This document shows positions 61,001 through 64,000 of a stretch of DNA of 64,000 nucleotides, one piece after another; within the stretch, counting starts at the first letter, position 1; each line of letters begins with the position of its first letter. A program made the position numbers and the translations under genes. Under the pieces are notes generated by a model. That model was not told where the DNA came from and made no database searches. It worked only from the letters and a program-made list of their open reading frames with translations. The stretch comes from a candidate division FCPU426 bacterium (lineage in GTDB: Bacteria > Oederibacteriota > Muellerivitia > Muellerivitales > Muellerivitaceae): positions 96,001 through 160,000 of the forward strand of contig CAWKAR010000028.1 in the NCBI GenBank assembly GCA_963847625.1, given 5' to 3'.

Positions 61001-61453
61001 CCGACCGGCATCTTAACGTTTACTCCCACGCCCACTTGGAGTTCGACCCCCACCACGACTGATACGTCCACAGATACTCCAACCTTTACGAATACGCCCA
61101 CTATCACCATTACACTTACCATCACGCCGGCTTTCACACCGACGGAGTCCCCCACCGCAACACCCACGCCGAACGCAGCCCTTTACTTGGACCAGAACTT
61201 CTTCAACCCCCTCCAACAGCCCCTGGGAATGGAAATGCGTGTGGATACGGCGGGCGAGGTAAAAGTGTTGGTTTACGACATCGCGGGCGAGGAAGTAGTG
61301 AAGCTTTTGGATCAATACGAGAACGCCGGCAACTACCGGCTTTCCTGGGATGGGCGAAACAGCTCTGGCGACATGGTGGGGAACGCGGTTTATTTCATCG
61401 TCATTCAACAGCCTTCCGGCAATTTGGTAAGAAAAGTCATTGTCCTGAGATAA
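58025..61453 (+). CDS. Secreted protein with DUF11-like and lectin-like domains, long Thr/Pro linker and divergent FlgD-Ig-like CTD
   Basis: Central region parallels the 49603-52425 gene (FDSYD vs YDSYD); CTD VYDIAGE...WDGRNSSG...VY...KVIVLR; start uncertain (57983 or TTG 58025). Confidence 0.82.
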   Translation: MNKFCFGRQTQNGSWVKEIFLISFLTLGFLPPAALSQTYFGNQSAATSGLSRPMNSSSYQTSLRFTARNSNTLTQIRLLAQGYGTCPLYTVGLQADDGLGNPSGTFLANSVPSPFSSSYGWNLFPMTSSYTLVPSTVYHIVVQFSSGTLDGNDYGSLNPGDTPNTHLIPLDQFQDNQLEVLYYNGLVWSPQSAAPIFVLDFSDSTEYGNPFDNLNGNIYGGQYIGESFTPKSNIQVNKVGFYVYRTGIPADNLNYVLLDTTQGVTIDSGIVGSSTTIPLSWAWVDVNMTGSYTLYSSDTYLLYLKSSLSSVGNFYYVSDPESGGAVNNYDGLTYDSVNSFAMVSTNSGGSWGANTSQDLTFRFTLDTNPTATPTVTSTVTPTPTLPAPNLSLIENVVTDSAAANGMLLFRVDCNFGNSIGVTLTSSVPVNTTLVELSTTGSSAGSGAGSAVTWVVYNGTATPQQDISVFMLLNVNSAVTTGTVISNAVTGTAISVVSAASAAATAVVGPNLKINKTESESTGYLGDTVTYSLPWTVTGETLDFFDSYDSLTGGTTTITGYDGTLYTPEAGPISWNIVATSVNNYLSANAPSATGCLLRSAPTVNLYGNYAVVGDIYLDPSNLIPNGGIVVASDAAVTNAYIAALSGTGSPGNFYLEKISAGLPTTLAMVNNTSLPVSVEVGKWCSLEIYVASSGVNGSPLTFYAKIWPPGQVPPQGWAVTVTDTTPISSSDTYNTGWLAGGSSPMSRLNSFDNLQVYVPNAPVSLNMEDTLPTGMTYVSSYPLATFHSPLVSWNSTATVFGGGATYSIVAQVSTPCQSHIVNHAIITAANASTGISNPVTLSISCPNTPTPTSTITPTKSPTATITPTPTNSPTPTNTSTPTITPANTPTITPTPTLTLTQTPSSTPSNTPTATPSPTNTPMNTGTNTPTNTPTNTPTSTNTPIPTPTDTPANTPTYTSSNTATNSPTNTTTSTPSNTPTITSTNTPTLTPTPTGILTFTPTPTWSSTPTTTDTSTDTPTFTNTPTITITLTITPAFTPTESPTATPTPNAALYLDQNFFNPLQQPLGMEMRVDTAGEVKVLVYDIAGEEVVKLLDQYENAGNYRLSWDGRNSSGDMVGNAVYFIVIQQPSGNLVRKVIVLR

Positions 61454-61467
61454 AGCATCGTCCCTTT

Positions 61468-61724
61468 GAACAGCGGGGAAACTCCTGCTTCTAAAAACCC
61501 TCCCTTGTTCGAATCCTACATCTCTATATAACAAAACCCAACTTCCCAATCCGCGAAATTGGGCTTTTGGGAGACTGAATGTCGAACCGCTTCGCTCACA
61601 GGGGAACTTCCCCCTGTGTACCCCTTTGAACATCATGGGGACCAACTGTTCCACATACCTCTCACGGTTCGAATCCTCCTCCAAATAATAAAGCCCAGTC
61701 TTCCAAAGGAAGACTGGGCTTTAT
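61468..61724. repeat. tRNA-linked degenerate tandem repeat containing tRNA 3'-end-like fragments
   Basis: GTTCGAATCCT at ~61507 and ~61667. GGGCTTTTGGGAGACTGAATGTCGAACC (61561-61588) mimics GGGCTTTATTGGCTGGGAGACTAGGATTCGAACC at the tRNA end. Confidence 0.55.
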
Positions 61725-61725
61725 T
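61687..61725 (-). terminator. Perfect hairpin directly after the tRNA CCA end; likely intrinsic terminator
   Basis: AATAAAGCCCAGTCTTCC-AAA-GGAAGACTGGGCTTTATT, 18-bp stem. Confidence 0.7.
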
Positions 61726-61798
61726 GGCTGGGAGACTAGGATTCGAACCTAGATATGCAGATCCAGAATCTGCTGTCCTACCATTAGACGATCTCCCA
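61725..61798 (-). tRNA. tRNA-Gln (anticodon CUG)
   Basis: rc TGGGAGATCGTCTAATGGTAGGACAGCAGATTCTGGATCTGCATATCTAGGTTCGAATCCTAGTCTCCCAGCCA: cloverleaf, GCAGA/TCTGC anticodon stem, GGTTCGAATCC T-arm, encoded CCA. Confidence 0.97.
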
Positions 61799-61833
61799 AG
61801 AATGCAAAAGGAAAGGACTGCGGAAGAGGGTGG

Positions 61834-61842
61834 ATTGTAGCA
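61834..61842 (-). promoter_or_regulatory. Extended -10 element for the tRNA gene
   Basis: TGCTACAAT (TGn-TACAAT) about 35 nt upstream of the mature tRNA. Confidence 0.45.
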
Positions 61843-62138
61843 CAAGTCATCTGCCGCGAAAAATCGAATTTCCTGGATCAACAACCATTTAAAAAACGGA
61901 TTCGTCCCGGTTAATCGAAAAGGTTGGGTCCACGAAATGCACATCAAACAATCGCCGTACTTCAGGGTCGTTCTACCAACCCACGATTTGTCCCCAATCC
62001 TTGCGGTGGATGGGCCTCATTCACCTTTTTTCCGCCTCTATTAAAAACGAACTCAATATTTTCTATGACAGCTTCTCTTTGGCAACTCTAATCACACATT
62101 CCATTTTAGTTTTTTTCTGTTCTCCACGCCTTCTCAAC

Positions 62139-63650
62139 TTATCCAAGGTCCTCCCCCTTTGGCAATCGGTCGGCCGATGAAACTTTTGGGATATCCTTCT
62201 TGAGCATGCCGACAAACCTCAGCAATCGCACGATGCAGCGGCCTTTTCCCAGGATTTCAACCAGTTCGAACAAGTTGGGGCTAGCGGTTCGCCCCGTGAT
62301 GGCCAACCGCATGGGGTGGACATAATCTCCGAATTTACGGCCGCTTTCGGTAGCCGCATTTCGAAGTTTTTCCTCCAGGGTCATGGCATTGAAATCGACG
62401 GTTTCCTCCAGGATGAAAAGGGCCTGTTCCAGGACTTTGATGGTTTCGGGTTTTCGCCACTTGGCCAATCCCTCGGCATCATAGATATGGACTTCCCCCA
62501 GAAAATACGTGATTTGGTCCCCTACTTCCGATATGGTTTTTAAGCTGTTTTTCACGGTTCCGATCATGCGTTTTAACGCGCCACCTCCGAAACGCATGAA
62601 ATTCTCGTTGATGGCATCGGCATCCCAAAGGGTTTCCAGACAAAGTTGGTATATTCTTTCGTCGTCCGCAGCCCGTATGTATTGGCCATTGAGCCACTGC
62701 AATTTATCGTAATCGAAGCAGGCCGCGCTTTTCACCACCCGTTCGAGGCTGAACTTATGGACCAAGTCATCCTTGGAGAATATCTCTGTTTTTCCGTCGA
62801 GGGACCAACCCAGGAGGGCAAGATAATTCAGCATGGCCTCAGGCAGGTAACCCTGGCGTTTGAACTCCCCGATCGAGTTTGCGCCGTGACGTTTGGAAAG
62901 GGGCAAGCGGTCTTGGCCTAAAATAAGGGGTATATGGGCGAAGATGGGCGGTTCCAGCCCCAAGGCCCGGTAAAGAAGGATTTGCTTGGGGGTATTGGAT
63001 AAATGGTCGTCACCCCGGATGACATGGGAAATTTTCATGAGGGCGTCGTCCACCGTGGCCACGAAATTATAGGTGGGCTCCCCGTCGCTTCTCACCAGGA
63101 TGAAGTCGTCCATTTCGGAATTTTCAATGGTCACCTCCCCCCGAACCAAATCGGAGAAGGCAATTCGCCCCTCGGGTATTTTGAGCCTGACTGAATAGGG
63201 ATGGCGGGATTTTCGATGCTCTTCCACATCCGCCGGCGAAAGGTTACGGCACTTCCCGGAATACCGGTAGCTTTTGCCGAGGGCTTGGATATCTGCCCTT
63301 TCGGCCTCCAATTCCTTGGTGGTGCAATAACAGGGATAAGCGGCGCCAGATTGGAGGAGTTTCTTCAGTTGTTGCCGGTATTGAGGGGCCCGGTCGGTTT
63401 GGCGGTAGGGCCCATAAGGCCCGCCAATGGAGGGTCCTTCGTCCCAATCCAAGCCGAGCCATTGCAGGTTCCGGATGATGCTCTCTTCATATTCCGTCTT
63501 GGACCTTTCGCGGTCGGTATCCTCGATTCGAAGGATAAACTTACCCCCATGGTGACGGGCGAAAAGCCAGTTAAACAAGGCGGTCCGGGCTCCTCCCACA
63601 TGGAGATAACCGGTAGGGCTCGGCGCGAATCTCACGCGAACAGTTGACAT
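62139..63650 (-). CDS. gltX: Glutamate--tRNA ligase
   Basis: RFAPSPTGYLHVGG (HIGH), LRIEDTD, CYC...C zinc site, IRGDDH and LSKR (KMSKS-like). Confidence 0.97.
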   Translation of the reverse strand: MSTVRVRFAPSPTGYLHVGGARTALFNWLFARHHGGKFILRIEDTDRERSKTEYEESIIRNLQWLGLDWDEGPSIGGPYGPYRQTDRAPQYRQQLKKLLQSGAAYPCYCTTKELEAERADIQALGKSYRYSGKCRNLSPADVEEHRKSRHPYSVRLKIPEGRIAFSDLVRGEVTIENSEMDDFILVRSDGEPTYNFVATVDDALMKISHVIRGDDHLSNTPKQILLYRALGLEPPIFAHIPLILGQDRLPLSKRHGANSIGEFKRQGYLPEAMLNYLALLGWSLDGKTEIFSKDDLVHKFSLERVVKSAACFDYDKLQWLNGQYIRAADDERIYQLCLETLWDADAINENFMRFGGGALKRMIGTVKNSLKTISEVGDQITYFLGEVHIYDAEGLAKWRKPETIKVLEQALFILEETVDFNAMTLEEKLRNAATESGRKFGDYVHPMRLAITGRTASPNLFELVEILGKGRCIVRLLRFVGMLKKDIPKVSSADRLPKGEDLG

Positions 63651-64000
63651 TTTTTTCCTTTAAAGCTTGGTTTGGATCCTTTTTTGGCTAAAGAAAAACG
63701 CCTGCGTTTCCTTGAGCCCGCTCCCATCTGGAAGAAAATCCCCAGCATTAATTCGGTGGTTCAAAAATCTTCACGGCAAAACCTTTGAGTCTGCGCGGGG
63801 CAGGCCACAAAGATAGCGTATAAAATAACGTTTTGAAAAACCTTCCTACCAAAAAAATTCCCGGGCTTTGTTTTTTTCCCAGAAAACAAACGAAAATGTT
63901 ATCCTAATGGAGTTGCAGAACCCAGTCATTTTACCAGTTACTCAATGAGAATATGATTTGTCCGAATGGCCTTTTCCATTCCAAAAGGCGCACATTCCGG

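Noticed and set aside
7296..61167. Many Val/Gly-rich ORFs (VGVGV...) on strands opposite the large genes
   Set aside because: They are antisense shadows of ACN/CCN codons in Thr/Pro linkers.

Overview
Bacterial chromosomal window, mostly GC-rich, with AT-rich islets at about 3.9-5.0 kb and 16.0-21.2 kb. It is dominated by a paralogous family of secreted, modular proteins. Eight genes encode signal peptide + variable extracellular domains (IgGFc-binding, S53 peptidase, SBBP or NHL propellers, DUF11, Gly-rich, Ig-like) + long Thr/Pro/Ser linker + a ~95-aa FlgD-Ig/T9SS-type-A-like C-terminal domain (CTD) in at least two sequence subtypes. Two further lipoproteins carry the same linker but no CTD. 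Two GT-C-fold glycosyltransferases sit among these genes: one TMTC-like with TPRs and one GT39/ArnT-like. The family shows traces of remodelling: orphan CTD tails, a duplicated 5' leader with an RBS-occluding stem, in-frame heptamer repeats, a homopolymer frameshift and a dispersed family of 37-38-bp hairpins. This architecture recalls candidate-phylum FCPU426-type genomes; that is my inference and was not tested. Also present are an AmmeMemoRadiSam B/A fusion operon, a passenger-carrying IS1595 with IRs and an 8-bp TSD, two divergent IS30 elements bracketing one gene, a DUF4238 gene pair, a Fic-HTH gene behind a ~740-bp 21/42-bp repeat region, a 53-aa pilin-like gene absent from the ORF track, housekeeping genes (metF-like, FAD/Fe-S oxidoreductase, otsB, qor, gltX) and tRNA-Gln(CUG). 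All family assignments come from motif recognition by eye, not from database searches.
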